A program made the position numbers and the translations under genes. Below, piece by piece: positions 29,501-39,468 of a stretch of 46,761 bases of DNA. The DNA is taken from the NCBI GenBank assembly GCA_027001995.1, contig JALTLO010000123.1, positions 1 to 46,761 on the forward strand. The letters are read 5' to 3'. The notes beneath the pieces were generated by a model. That model worked only from the letters and a program-made list of their open reading frames with translations, made no database searches and was not told where the DNA came from. The stretch comes from Planctomycetota bacterium (GTDB lineage Bacteria; Planctomycetota; GCA-002687715; DRQF01). Numbering within the stretch: position 1 is the stretch's first letter; each line of letters opens with the position of its first letter.

Positions 29501-29594
29501 CCGCCTCTTCTCCTACCTCTTTCGGTGCAGGGAGAGGAGGCGCAAGCTCAGCAGGAGACATCCAATACTTAGGTTTGTTCGATGATGAAGTCAT
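26535..29594 (-). CDS. actB: Alternative complex III subunit ActB (TAT-exported molybdopterin-oxidoreductase-like domain + Fe-S domain)
   Basis: YWMS..EL, GRRTFLK...LAAC Tat/lipoprotein leader and [9 protein letters not shown]. C-terminal [45 protein letters not shown] and [14 protein letters not shown]. Confidence 0.93.
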   Translation of the reverse strand: [1019 protein letters not shown]

Positions 29595-29608
29595 GGATCA
29601 TCAACTCC

Positions 29609-30262
29609 TCAATAGTGACAACCAACGCAATCAGTTGATGCATTGAGTGCGTGGTTGCCATGTAGGCCGTTTTCGTTCACATCTCGGTGACAATTCACAC
29701 AAGACCCCATAGACAAGTCACCAAACTGGCGCACGCGCTCCATCGTCTCCACCGGCCCGTGACACTTCTGACAATCGACGCCAGCGTTGATGTGCCGAGA
29801 ATGATCAAAGAAAACAAAGTCGGGTAAATCATGGACTTTCACCCATTCAATCCCCTTCGCTTTCTTGGTTGGATCGGGTTTCAAGTTGTCATCCAAGCCA
29901 AGGCCGTCATAGATCTTTTGAATCTCAGGTGACTGAACCAACTTGGGAGACCTTCCTTTCGACTTTGCCAAGGCCGCTTCGGCCCTGACATCAGCGAAAG
30001 GAGCCCGCACGGTCTTGTGACAGTTCATGCAAGTGCCCAGCGCAGGAATCCCGGCGTGACGACTTCTGTCTGCTCCAGAATGGCAATATTGACAGTCGAT
30101 CTTCATCTCACCAGCATGAAGCCGATGAGAAAAACTGATGGGCTGCTCCGGGGCGTAACCCTGGTCGTTGCCGGGTAAATTAACATCGGCTGATGCCCAA
30201 ATGGCGGCACCCCCGAAGATGCACATGAGAACAAATAGAATCCATGTAGTTTGATTGGTCAT
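29609..30262 (-). CDS. actA: Alternative complex III subunit ActA (pentaheme cytochrome c)
   Basis: N-terminal TM, GYAPEQPISFSHRLHAG, five CxxCH (CQYCH, CMNCH, CQKCH, CVNCH, CVGCH) and LPDFVFFDHSRH. Confidence 0.93.
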   Translation of the reverse strand: MTNQTTWILFVLMCIFGGAAIWASADVNLPGNDQGYAPEQPISFSHRLHAGEMKIDCQYCHSGADRSRHAGIPALGTCMNCHKTVRAPFADVRAEAALAKSKGRSPKLVQSPEIQKIYDGLGLDDNLKPDPTKKAKGIEWVKVHDLPDFVFFDHSRHINAGVDCQKCHGPVETMERVRQFGDLSMGSCVNCHRDVNENGLHGNHALNASTDCVGCHY

Positions 30263-30275
30263 GATTCAATTCCGA

Positions 30276-31940
30276 TCAACACTTAATCTCAGCATTCTTA
30301 CGGCCATAGAACCACCAGTTGACTGCCAAGCAGGTGGCGTAGTAACCGGCGAATCCATAAAGAGCATTCTCTGGAGTTCCGGCTTTGATCTGGGTTGCAA
30401 AAATCTTCGGAATCAAGAAGGCGCCGTAGGCGGCGATAGCCGACGTCCAACCGAGGACAGGACCAGCTTGCTCCTTCGAGAAAATGATAGGGATCATTCG
30501 GAACGTCGATCCATTGCCAATTCCCGTTGTTGCAAAGAGAACAACAAAGAGAATCAAGAAGGGCATGAAGTACTCTTCCGGTGTCGGGGAGTTGCTGGCT
30601 AAGGAAACATAGTAGCCCGCACCAATGGTCGAAGCGATCATAATGATCGTATCCCAATGGGTCACCCTCGCGCCACCGAACTTGTCCGCCAACCAACCAC
30701 CGATTGGACGAATCAAGGCACCGACGCCAGCGCCGATCCAAATATAGTTGGAAGCAATTGGTGCGTTCGGGTTGGCGATACTTTCAAGTAAAGGTAAGCC
30801 ATCAGCACCAACGCGAATGACCCCAAAGACATCGGGAATCAACTTGGGAAAGGCGTTGGCATATCCAATGAAAGAACCAAAGGTCATGGTGTAGAGCCAA
30901 GTCATGATCCAGTTGTGTTTGTTATCGAAGATCTTGAATTGATTTTCGAGGTTCTCACGCACTTCTGGTTTGGTGAATTTCTTCATCATGAACAGAGTCA
31001 GAAGGACTGCGATCAAGACGATGACGAAGATTTTCAATAGGACGGGGAATCCACCCCAAGGAATAATGAGGAGTCCAACTGCTGCACCTGCGCCAATGAA
31101 ACCAATCGCCATGAGCCAAAGATACTTGCCCACAGCAGACGCCGTCGAACCACACTTGTGTTGAGGCATATTGTGCATCATGAAGAACGCCATGATGCAA
31201 AGAGTTGCCAGGATGGGAATCCACACGAGGGCGGCATTCTGAATCCAAAGATCTTTATCACCAACACGATAAGGATCGCCACCGATGCTGCCAAATGCAC
31301 CAAAAGTGATAATCCAAGGCAAAAGGAACTGCATGGTACTCACACCCGCATTTCCGATACCAGCGTTGAGGCCAAGTGAAAGCCCTTGCATCTTCTTGGG
31401 AAAGAAGAAGCTAATGTTCGACATGGACGAGGAGAATGCGCCACCACCAACGCCAGACAAAGTTGCCAAAAGAACAAAAGTACCAAAGCTCGTATCTGGG
31501 TTCTGTAAGGCAAAACCAGCGCCGATAGCAGGGAGAAGAAGCATCAATGTCGTCATGAACTTGACGTTTCGGCCGCCGCAAACCGCTATCATGAAAGAGT
31601 TGGGAATGCGAAGTGTGGCACCCGCCAAACCAGCGGCAGCTGGCAGAGTATACATGAGTGCCCGATAGGCATCAGGCGAAAAGAACTCACCGTCATTCAT
31701 GAAAGTGAAGTTGAAGAGAGACAAGTCAGAGAAGTGAGCCTTCTGAATCATCTTCGCCACCATGCCCCAGTAGAGCCAGACGGCGAAACCACAGAGCAGG
31801 TTCGGGATGGAGACCCAGAGATTCTGATAGGCAATCTTCTTGCCTTTTGATTTCCAGAATCCCTCATCTTCAGGATCCCATTTCAAAAGTGTCCGACCAT
31901 CCGCAATTTTTTCGTTGCGATCGGGACCAGATCCGCTCAT
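30276..31940 (-). CDS. narK: NarK family nitrate/nitrite transporter (NarK2-like)
   Basis: WDPEDEGFW, NLWVSIPNLLCGFAVW, SSMSNISFFFPK..QG..LGLNAGIGNAG, TGIGNGSTFRMIP and WTSAIAAYGAF. AAGGAG RBS before ATG31940. Confidence 0.92.
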   Translation of the reverse strand: MSGSGPDRNEKIADGRTLLKWDPEDEGFWKSKGKKIAYQNLWVSIPNLLCGFAVWLYWGMVAKMIQKAHFSDLSLFNFTFMNDGEFFSPDAYRALMYTLPAAAGLAGATLRIPNSFMIAVCGGRNVKFMTTLMLLLPAIGAGFALQNPDTSFGTFVLLATLSGVGGGAFSSSMSNISFFFPKKMQGLSLGLNAGIGNAGVSTMQFLLPWIITFGAFGSIGGDPYRVGDKDLWIQNAALVWIPILATLCIMAFFMMHNMPQHKCGSTASAVGKYLWLMAIGFIGAGAAVGLLIIPWGGFPVLLKIFVIVLIAVLLTLFMMKKFTKPEVRENLENQFKIFDNKHNWIMTWLYTMTFGSFIGYANAFPKLIPDVFGVIRVGADGLPLLESIANPNAPIASNYIWIGAGVGALIRPIGGWLADKFGGARVTHWDTIIMIASTIGAGYYVSLASNSPTPEEYFMPFLILFVVLFATTGIGNGSTFRMIPIIFSKEQAGPVLGWTSAIAAYGAFLIPKIFATQIKAGTPENALYGFAGYYATCLAVNWWFYGRKNAEIKC

Positions 31941-32000
31941 GACTTTTCTCCTTGGTTTATCAGGGCCCAATGGAGGCCCCGTTGTTCGACTTGATAAGGT

Positions 32001-32711
32001 CTAATGTCCAATTCTCTTACGCCTTGGCCCGACCCAACGGACTACCTGTGTTCGCCTCCAGAAGTAAGGATTTGGAATAACCAAAATGTGAACCAATCTG
32101 GTGAAGGGGAATAAAGCGATGAGGGCAAAAGCAGACACCATGTGAAGTTTGACCATGGCTGGCAGAGCAACAATGAAGGACGTGTCCGGCGACAGCTTGA
32201 GCAAAGACCACAAGTAAGGTGCAGCGTTGGACGCATACCATGAGGAGCCCCAGCGCTCGAAGACGGCGATGTAGACACCTGACAGGAATTGAAGCAACAA
32301 GATTGCGTAGAGAATCCAATCGGCAGTTGTCGTCACCGTCATGATCTTCTTGCTTCTGAAACGGCGCACAATAACGTTGACAAAGCCTACGACGGTCAGA
32401 ATGCCGCAGACCAGAGCGCTAATCTCTAAGATGTAGAGGCGCAGGGGCTGGGAATTCCAAGCAATGACACTGCCGGGGATGAGGAAGCCCACTACATGAC
32501 CAACGATGATGGCCAGAACACCATAGTGAAAAGGGACCATGCCCCAAAAATGATGTTTGTTCTCTAAGAACTGAGACGAAAGACTGGAATAGGTAAACGT
32601 CTGAGTGCGATATCTTTGGATTGTCATCAGCAAGAAGACAACGAACGAAAGATAGGGAAGGACAACAAACATGAGATTGTTGAAGTCACCCAGGAACTCG
32701 TCGCTAAACAT
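32001..32711 (-). CDS. narI: Respiratory nitrate reductase gamma subunit (cytochrome b)
   Basis: SSLSSQFLE and four heme-ligand His: FHYG, VGHVVG, KLHM, FPFTRLVH. Confidence 0.93.
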   Translation of the reverse strand: MFSDEFLGDFNNLMFVVLPYLSFVVFLLMTIQRYRTQTFTYSSLSSQFLENKHHFWGMVPFHYGVLAIIVGHVVGFLIPGSVIAWNSQPLRLYILEISALVCGILTVVGFVNVIVRRFRSKKIMTVTTTADWILYAILLLQFLSGVYIAVFERWGSSWYASNAAPYLWSLLKLSPDTSFIVALPAMVKLHMVSAFALIALFPFTRLVHILVIPNPYFWRRTQVVRWVGPRRKRIGH

Positions 32712-33246
32712 GGCATTCCTCCGCGGTTATCTGACTCGCAATCTCAATAACCACGGCATTCGCGGCCTTCATGAGATGCAGGTAAGGACTTTTTGACTGA
32801 GAGAAACCGGAGATCATCTTGGTGATTCCTGGCTCAAGAAACCCGATGGCCAAATCGCGCATGCGCTTGGGATCAACCCGGGCAAAGAGCCGAATCATCT
32901 GAGGCAAATGGTCAGGAAGCTCGGTGGTTGCTTCGATCCCTTGCTCGTTGAGGGCGGCCTTCATCTTCACCAAGAACGCCCCGCGGTCGTAAGACTCCCC
33001 ATAGATTTGCCAACCGATCTCTAAGCTGCACTGTGGATTGATGTCGAAAGTTCGGGTATAGAGTTCTTCCTGCTGCGTGGCAGAAAGCGGAGCCATGCCT
33101 GCGCGAAAGGCCTCGAAACTCTCCCGCGCTTGAAGGGGCGCTCCAGCGAAAAGTGTGCACAGCTGCTCGACTTGCGGCCGCACATCCCCCCGGGGATACT
33201 CAAGCATAGAGGCCAAGGCGTAGAGTGATTCTCTGATGTTCGACAT
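32704..33246 (-). CDS. narJ: Nitrate reductase molybdenum cofactor assembly chaperone
   Basis: LEYP, EELYTRTFD, GESYDRG and ELPDHLP. Confidence 0.92.
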   Translation of the reverse strand: MSNIRESLYALASMLEYPRGDVRPQVEQLCTLFAGAPLQARESFEAFRAGMAPLSATQQEELYTRTFDINPQCSLEIGWQIYGESYDRGAFLVKMKAALNEQGIEATTELPDHLPQMIRLFARVDPKRMRDLAIGFLEPGITKMISGFSQSKSPYLHLMKAANAVVIEIASQITAEECHV

Positions 33247-33248
33247 GA

Positions 33249-34742
33249 TTAGAGCCCCCGCTTAGGACCGGTCCGGAATCCGAAACCAGCCTCTTGTTTG
33301 TGCTCATGGGGCTCTTTCAACATCTCAAGAGCTTCTTCGCGGTGCATAGGTGGAATAACGAAGCGATCGTCGAAGGTACAGAGTGCGGTCATCTTGTAGA
33401 TGGCATCGGCTTCGTCCTTGCTGCAGCCACTTTCAGCCAACATCTGTTCGGCCACCTTCATCTCGATATCACCGACAGTGATAGCCCGTCTGTACATGCG
33501 AATGGCCATCTGTTTGCGCAAACCTGTTCGCAAGAAACTCTGGTCGCCAGCCCCGAAGATGCTGGCCAAGAATTCCATAGGAACTCGGGCTTCATCAATA
33601 CTGTGGAATAGTTTCTCAGAGGTATTCTGAGTCAGACCATCCGTATGGGTTGACATGACAGGCAGAAGTGGCGGCACATAGAAGAGCATCGGCAAGGTGC
33701 GGTACTCGATGTGTGGCGGCAAAGCGATGCCCCATTCTTTGACGAATTTGTAGACTGGCGACTTTTGTGCGCTTTCAATGACAGAATCGTGTACGCCGGA
33801 CTTCCGAGCAGCAGCGATCACCTCCGGGTCATGGGGGTTGAGGATCATGTCACGCTGCCCTTGAATCAATTGATCCTGAGGCAAATTGGCAACTTCTTCC
33901 AATTTGTCTGCGTCGTAAAGCAAGACTCCCAGGTAGCGAATGCGACCAACACAAGAATGGAAGCAAGCAGGAGCTTGGCCAGTTTCCAAACGGGGGAAGC
34001 AGAGAATGCACTTCTCCGACTTGCCTGTGTGCCAGTTATAGTAGGTCTTCTTGTAAGGGCAGGCGGAGATGCAGGCACGCCAAGCACGGCAGCGGTTCTG
34101 GTCCACCAAGACAATACCGTCCTCACCTCGTTTGTAGAGAGCACCTGATGGGCAGGAAGCAACGCAAGACGGATTCAAACAGTGATTACAGATTCGTGGG
34201 AAGTAAAACATCACCATGCGTTCGATGGCGAATAGTTGCTCCCGTTGCTCCGGCGTCAAGGACTCCAGGTTAGGATCGTTTTCTGCATAGACAGGCGAAC
34301 CAGAAAGGTCGTCATCCCAGTTCGGACCAGCTTTGATGTCCATGTAGTCGCCGGTAATCATGGAGATTGGGCGAGCGGTGGGCTGATCATCTCCCTCAGG
34401 AGCATTGAACAACTCGTCATACTTGTAAGTCCAAGGCTCATAGTAGTCGTCGATACTTGGCTGAGACGGGTTGTGGAACATGTTAAAGAGAGTCCTCTTC
34501 TTGTCCATAGCCCGAAGCTTGAGTTTACCGTTCTCGTCTTTCAACCAGCCGCCGCGGTATGTTTCCTGGTCTTCCCAACGTGTCGGAAATCCAGTTCCTG
34601 GCTTCGTCTCTACGTTGTTCCACCACATGTACTCTGACCCCTTGCGGTCAGTCCAAATGTTCTTGCAAGCGATGCTACAAGTGTGGCAGCCAATACATTT
34701 GTCGAGGTGAAACACCATCGATATTTGTGATCTAACGTCCAT
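33249..34742 (-). CDS. narH: Respiratory nitrate reductase beta subunit
   Basis: LDKCIGCHTCSIACKNIWT, PRICNHCLNPSCVASCPSGA, CRAWRACISACPYKK and EKCILCFPR. Confidence 0.97.
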   Translation of the reverse strand: MDVRSQISMVFHLDKCIGCHTCSIACKNIWTDRKGSEYMWWNNVETKPGTGFPTRWEDQETYRGGWLKDENGKLKLRAMDKKRTLFNMFHNPSQPSIDDYYEPWTYKYDELFNAPEGDDQPTARPISMITGDYMDIKAGPNWDDDLSGSPVYAENDPNLESLTPEQREQLFAIERMVMFYFPRICNHCLNPSCVASCPSGALYKRGEDGIVLVDQNRCRAWRACISACPYKKTYYNWHTGKSEKCILCFPRLETGQAPACFHSCVGRIRYLGVLLYDADKLEEVANLPQDQLIQGQRDMILNPHDPEVIAAARKSGVHDSVIESAQKSPVYKFVKEWGIALPPHIEYRTLPMLFYVPPLLPVMSTHTDGLTQNTSEKLFHSIDEARVPMEFLASIFGAGDQSFLRTGLRKQMAIRMYRRAITVGDIEMKVAEQMLAESGCSKDEADAIYKMTALCTFDDRFVIPPMHREEALEMLKEPHEHKQEAGFGFRTGPKRGL

Positions 34743-34759
34743 GGGATGTGTCCTCTCGT

Positions 34760-37700
34760 CTACCAGACCAGTTGTGGGAGTTTGCGTACAAAAATGTGGG
34801 TATCACGGTTACATCCCGTCGGTCCCCAGTAGTTGAAGTGGTAGGTGAACTGTCCGTACCCGCCGATCATCAGGTTTGGCTTGAGCCTTGTCCGCACCAA
34901 ACTGTTGTGACCGCCTGCACGCTTGTAACCACGAATTGGCGATTTCGGGATTCCCAAGGTGCGCTCAGGCGAGTGATAGATGATGCAAACACCACGAGGA
35001 ATGCGGCAAGAGACAACAGCGCGTGTCACAACCACACCATGGTCATTGTGAACTTCGACCCAGTCGTTGTCTGCGATGTCCAAAGTTTCAGCATCTTTTT
35101 CATTGATCCAGAATGGCTCGCAACCCCGAGACAAAGTCGTCATGCGAGCGTTATCACCATAGGTCGAATGAATGTGCCACTTGCCATGAGGAGTGAGGTA
35201 GTTCAGCATCAAAGTCTGACCTTCATCCTTACTCACTTTGAGGTCGCCATATTGCTCAGGGGTTGGCCTTGGTTTGTACGTCGGCACATTCTCACCAAAC
35301 TGAATGTAGGTGTCATGATCGAGATACAAGTGCTGGCGGCCTGTGAGAGTTCGGAATGGGACCAGTCGTTCAACGTTATAGGTGAACGGCGCGTAGGCGC
35401 GCCCATTGTCCAGGAGGCCAGACCACATGGGACTGTTGATTAGTCTTTGAGGTTGAGCTTCCAAGTTTGCAAAATTAACCCGCCGATCACGATTGTTGGC
35501 AGCTAAATCGGCCAAAGTGAGGCCGACCTTCTCTTCCATATTCTTGTAGGAACGATAGGCCAGTTCACCGTTGGTCACAGTGGCAAAGCGCAGGACGATC
35601 TCCGCCGCCTCTTTTGCTTGCGTGAGACTAGGGTAGGTTTCTCCACCCCACTTGACAACGGGAGAGTCGACTTTGACTTCTTCATAGACGTCGTCCACGG
35701 CATAGTGGGTGCCATGGGCTCCCAGCCCATTCTTGGGCACGTTTGGTCCGTAGGAAATAAACTGGTTGTAGAGGTTGGTGTAGTCGCGGGAAACCACGGC
35801 CACATTCGGCATGGTCTTCCCAGGAATTGCCTTATCCTTGCCATTGACCCAATCTGGGATGTGCTCTTGAGCAATCTCTGCTGGGGTGTCGTGGGGCAAA
35901 GGAGTCACAACCACGTCACGAACCGGATTGGGATAGTGCTTCGCGGATAGTTCAGAGAACTTCTTGGCGATGGAACGGAAGATGTCCCAATCGCTCTTAG
36001 CTTCCCAGCAAGGAGGAACGGCTTCATTCAGCGGGTGAATAAAACTGTGCATGTCGGTGGAGTTGAGATCTGTCTTCTCATACCACGTGGCCGCCGGCAG
36101 GACGATGTCAGAATAGAGAGCGGATGTATCCATTCTGAAGTTGAGGTCGACGACTAAGTCCATCTTGCCTTCTGGAGCCACATCCCGCCATTGCACTTCG
36201 GAGACAGCGTCTTTCGCCACGTCTTCCGCAATGGCATTGTTGTGGGTACCCAAGTAATGCTTCAAGAAGTACTCATGCCCCTTGGCCGAGGACATCAGGG
36301 CGTTGCCACGCCAGATAAAGAACACCCGAGGCCAATTCTCTGGTGCATCCGGGTCTTCCACGGCGAATTTGAGATCGCGAGACTTCATGCCATCCACGAC
36401 CCACTGACGCACCTCAGCATCCGTCTTGGCGCCGGCAGCCTCAGCTTCCTTCACCAATTCAAAGGAGTTCTTGTTGAATTGAGGATAGAAGGGCAGCCAA
36501 CCATTCTGAACGGCTCGAACTTGAGCGTCCATGGTGTGCTCCACGGGCATCTCCCCTTCGCGCACATCGGCGGCGACTACTTGGTACTCGCGATAACTCT
36601 TTTCATAGCGCCATTGATCACTGTGGACATAGTGCCAACTCGGGGCATTCTGCAGACGGGACGGACCATACCAGTCCTTCGCCAAAGCCACAGAGGCCCA
36701 TGATTCCATGGGAGCGAGTTTTTCCTGGCCCACATAGTGAGCCAAGCCGCCGCCATTCTTGCCGACACAACCACAAAAGACCAAAGCATGGATCGCAGCC
36801 CGATACATGAGATTAGCGTGGTACCAGTGATTGATACCGGCCCCAATGATGACGGTGCACTTGCCGCCGGTGTGCTTGGCTGTTGTGCCCCACTCTCTGG
36901 CAAACTTGATGAGATCTCGGCGATCAATCCCGGTATAGATCTCCGACCATGCAGGCGTATAAGGCATGCTGTCATCGTCGTAATCTTTGGGGTAAGCACC
37001 CTCAAGACCACGGGGAACACCATACTGAGCCATCATCACATCGTAGACCGTAGCCACTTTGACCTTGCCGTCGATGGTTTTGATTTCGCGGATGGGGACA
37101 TGCCGAGCGAGTTCACTTCCACCGCCAAAATCATCGAAGTAGAGGCCAATAGTCCCGTCGTTCTTGTTCAAGAATGTCAGCTCTGGGTTGAGAGCGCCAC
37201 CGTCGACAGCGTCTTCCAGCTTCAGGTTCCATTTGCCCTTTTCTTCTCCCCAACGGCTTCCGATCGTACCCAGAGGAACCCTGGGCCGGGACTCATTCTC
37301 GTCCCAAATCAAGAACTTCCAATTGCTGTTTTCTTGATCGCCGAATCGTTCAAGCCGATTGGCGCGCAGCATCTTGCCAGCCCGCATCTTGCCGCCATCC
37401 TCGACGATTTCAACCAAGAAAGGAGAATCGGAATACTGCTTGACGTACTGGAGGAAGTCTGGGGTCTGTTGTTCGTGATGAAATTCCTTCAACAGCACAT
37501 GATTCACTGCCATCCACCAAGCGCCGTCTTGTCCAGCGTTGATCGAGATCCAGTCGTCAGCGAATTTTGCCACTTGACTGAAGTCAGGGGAGAACACCAC
37601 CATCTTGGAGCCATTATGCCGCGCTTCTGCAACAAAGTGACAATCCGGTGTCCGTGTCATGTTCAAGTTGGCGCCCATGACGGCCAACATTTTAGCGTTG

Positions 37701-38419
37701 TACCAGTCAGCCGACTCATTAACGTCGGTCTGCTCGCCCCAAGTCTCCGGGGAAGCGTTCGGCAAGTCGCAATACCAATCGTAGAACGACAATGAGATAC
37801 CGCCCATAAGCTGCATCATTCGGCTGCCAGCAGCGTAGCTGAGCATACTCATGGCAGGAATGGGTGAGAATCCAGCAATCCGGTCTGGACCATGCTCCTT
37901 AGCTGTATGGATATTGGCGGAGGCCACAATCTCCAATGCCGTATCCCAGTCTGCACGCCTGAAGCCGCCCTTGCCTCGAGCTCTTTGCCAGCGTTTACGG
38001 GCCTCTTCATTATCTACCAGAGATTTCCAAGCAGCGACGGGATCGTCATGCTCAGAACGAGCCTTCTTCCAAAGATCAAGGAGTGCACCGCGGATGTAAG
38101 GGTACTTCACCCGCAAAGGGCTGTAGAGATACCAGGAATAGGAGATACCTCTTTGGCAACCCCTTGGCTCGTACGGTGGAATTTCGCCTTCGAGCTCAGG
38201 ATAATCAAGAGCCTGCATTTCCCAGGTTACGATGCCTTCTTTGACATGAATTTGCCAAGAGCAACTACCTGTGCAGTTCACACCATGGGTCGAGCGCACA
38301 ACTTTGTCGTACTGATGACGGTTGCGATAGAACTCTTCCCAGGAACGCTGTGTCGGATCGTAGATGTCCTTGATCCATGAGTTGTCGTGTTCGCTTGAAC
38401 CAGATCCATGCTTGATCAT
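34760..38419 (-). CDS. narG: Respiratory nitrate reductase (or NXR-like) alpha subunit, cytoplasm-facing
   Basis: 1219 aa; [15 protein letters not shown]...PRGCQRG (FS0), FYDWYCDLP (Mo-ligand Asp), HYVGQEK and [13 protein letters not shown]; no twin-arginine leader. Confidence 0.97.
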   Translation of the reverse strand: MIKHGSGSSEHDNSWIKDIYDPTQRSWEEFYRNRHQYDKVVRSTHGVNCTGSCSWQIHVKEGIVTWEMQALDYPELEGEIPPYEPRGCQRGISYSWYLYSPLRVKYPYIRGALLDLWKKARSEHDDPVAAWKSLVDNEEARKRWQRARGKGGFRRADWDTALEIVASANIHTAKEHGPDRIAGFSPIPAMSMLSYAAGSRMMQLMGGISLSFYDWYCDLPNASPETWGEQTDVNESADWYNAKMLAVMGANLNMTRTPDCHFVAEARHNGSKMVVFSPDFSQVAKFADDWISINAGQDGAWWMAVNHVLLKEFHHEQQTPDFLQYVKQYSDSPFLVEIVEDGGKMRAGKMLRANRLERFGDQENSNWKFLIWDENESRPRVPLGTIGSRWGEEKGKWNLKLEDAVDGGALNPELTFLNKNDGTIGLYFDDFGGGSELARHVPIREIKTIDGKVKVATVYDVMMAQYGVPRGLEGAYPKDYDDDSMPYTPAWSEIYTGIDRRDLIKFAREWGTTAKHTGGKCTVIIGAGINHWYHANLMYRAAIHALVFCGCVGKNGGGLAHYVGQEKLAPMESWASVALAKDWYGPSRLQNAPSWHYVHSDQWRYEKSYREYQVVAADVREGEMPVEHTMDAQVRAVQNGWLPFYPQFNKNSFELVKEAEAAGAKTDAEVRQWVVDGMKSRDLKFAVEDPDAPENWPRVFFIWRGNALMSSAKGHEYFLKHYLGTHNNAIAEDVAKDAVSEVQWRDVAPEGKMDLVVDLNFRMDTSALYSDIVLPAATWYEKTDLNSTDMHSFIHPLNEAVPPCWEAKSDWDIFRSIAKKFSELSAKHYPNPVRDVVVTPLPHDTPAEIAQEHIPDWVNGKDKAIPGKTMPNVAVVSRDYTNLYNQFISYGPNVPKNGLGAHGTHYAVDDVYEEVKVDSPVVKWGGETYPSLTQAKEAAEIVLRFATVTNGELAYRSYKNMEEKVGLTLADLAANNRDRRVNFANLEAQPQRLINSPMWSGLLDNGRAYAPFTYNVERLVPFRTLTGRQHLYLDHDTYIQFGENVPTYKPRPTPEQYGDLKVSKDEGQTLMLNYLTPHGKWHIHSTYGDNARMTTLSRGCEPFWINEKDAETLDIADNDWVEVHNDHGVVVTRAVVSCRIPRGVCIIYHSPERTLGIPKSPIRGYKRAGGHNSLVRTRLKPNLMIGGYGQFTYHFNYWGPTGCNRDTHIFVRKLPQLVW

Positions 38420-39258
38420 TTTTGACCCCTAACCAATTTGCCGCGAACGCCAGTGAAGCGTCGCCGCCAAACAAAATCACAGAGCAGCAACGCTGCGACC
38501 GCACCCACGACACCAAAAATCAGAAATTCAATGCCCGGCCCTGGGGCCTCGCCTTCTTTCTTCGCTGCCTCTTTCATGTAGGCCAACAAAGGAAGAATCT
38601 CATCTGTGTGTATGGGTGATACTTTGAAGACAGGCGCCATCGTTTCTGTAGCTGGAGAGCTCAACCATGCCCCCAAGACCTTGCGCCCGTTGAGACGGGC
38701 ATAGGCGTCCGTCAAATCAGGACCAAGAAGGCCGCCACCGAGACCACTTTGGCCAGCAATGGTATGACAGGAAGCACATGCAGGAGCGCCACTTTGCATG
38801 CGAGTTGCGCCGCTGAAGAGAGCCTCACCCAACTCAACATCTTCAGCAGTGAAGGGGCGATCAGAGAGACTGAGGCCAGCGAACTTCGATCGCTCCAGCT
38901 TCGATTCGGCCTTGATGAGATCAAGAAGTCTCCGGGCCCGGTCCTTTGTCATTCCCGCCACCTTGGGCATAGGAACGTTACGAGCCTCTGCCAACAATTT
39001 CTTGGCGTAAGCGTCGCCGCTGGCAATCACTGCCCCAGGATCGACAATGAAATTGATGAGCCAATCTCTGTCCTTTCGATCTTCGACGTTCTTTAAGTCC
39101 GGCCCAGTCAGAGGGCCACCACCGATCGTGTGACAGCTCGCGCAGTTCGCTTGGAAGTATTCAGATGTTTCCTGAGCGCTGAGTGATCCGACCAAGAGCA
39201 ACAATGCTCCCAGCACCGCCAACCCACTTCGACCAGCTTTCGTAAATGAGAGCTCCAT
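38416..39258 (-). CDS. Periplasmic diheme cytochrome c with C-terminal membrane anchor (NarC-like)
   Basis: Signal peptide, two CASCH motifs each followed by GPDL, and a C-terminal TM. GAGGA RBS before ATG39258; ATGA overlap with narG. Confidence 0.88.
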   Translation of the reverse strand: MELSFTKAGRSGLAVLGALLLLVGSLSAQETSEYFQANCASCHTIGGGPLTGPDLKNVEDRKDRDWLINFIVDPGAVIASGDAYAKKLLAEARNVPMPKVAGMTKDRARRLLDLIKAESKLERSKFAGLSLSDRPFTAEDVELGEALFSGATRMQSGAPACASCHTIAGQSGLGGGLLGPDLTDAYARLNGRKVLGAWLSSPATETMAPVFKVSPIHTDEILPLLAYMKEAAKKEGEAPGPGIEFLIFGVVGAVAALLLCDFVWRRRFTGVRGKLVRGQK

Positions 39259-39295
39259 GGCATTCCTCGTTTCGTGAATGAGACGACGGAAATAC

Positions 39296-39312
39296 CGCAC
39301 GGTTTATGCCAA
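39296..39312 (-). promoter_or_regulatory. Candidate sigma54 (-24/-12) promoter of the cytc-nar-act operon
   Basis: Minus strand TTGGCATAAACCGTGCG has GG-N10-GC spacing and lies 37 bp upstream of the start codon. Confidence 0.6.
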
Positions 39313-39337
39313 CCAGAACTGCTCACCCGTGGATTGT

Positions 39338-39468
39338 TAAACTACAAGTGGATAAAGACTTACGGCACTTGGATTGGGGGAGTCACAGAGGGAAATAGGG
39401 TTGACTGCATGCCTCAGAAGGCAACAAACCAACACGCAAACTCTAAACCTTTTGCTATCAAAGACTTA
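39338..39468 (+). promoter_or_regulatory. Two copies of TAAAC-N11-AAAGACTTA (39338-39362, 39444-39468); IHF-like sites
   Basis: Identical arms and spacing. 39456-39468 (TATCAAAGACTTA) is an exact match to the IHF consensus WATCAANNNNTTR. Confidence 0.55.

Noticed and set aside
26535..29594. ActB as an independent catalytic molybdoenzyme (polysulfide/tetrathionate reductase type)
   Set aside because: The fused Fe-S domain and the A-B-C-D-E-F context identify ACIII, whose ActB domain is not known to bind molybdopterin.
36737..37795. 352-aa plus-strand ORF (and similar ORFs at 34748-35443, 26661-27332, 28878-29585)
   Set aside because: Antisense shadows of narG and actB with no recognisable motifs.
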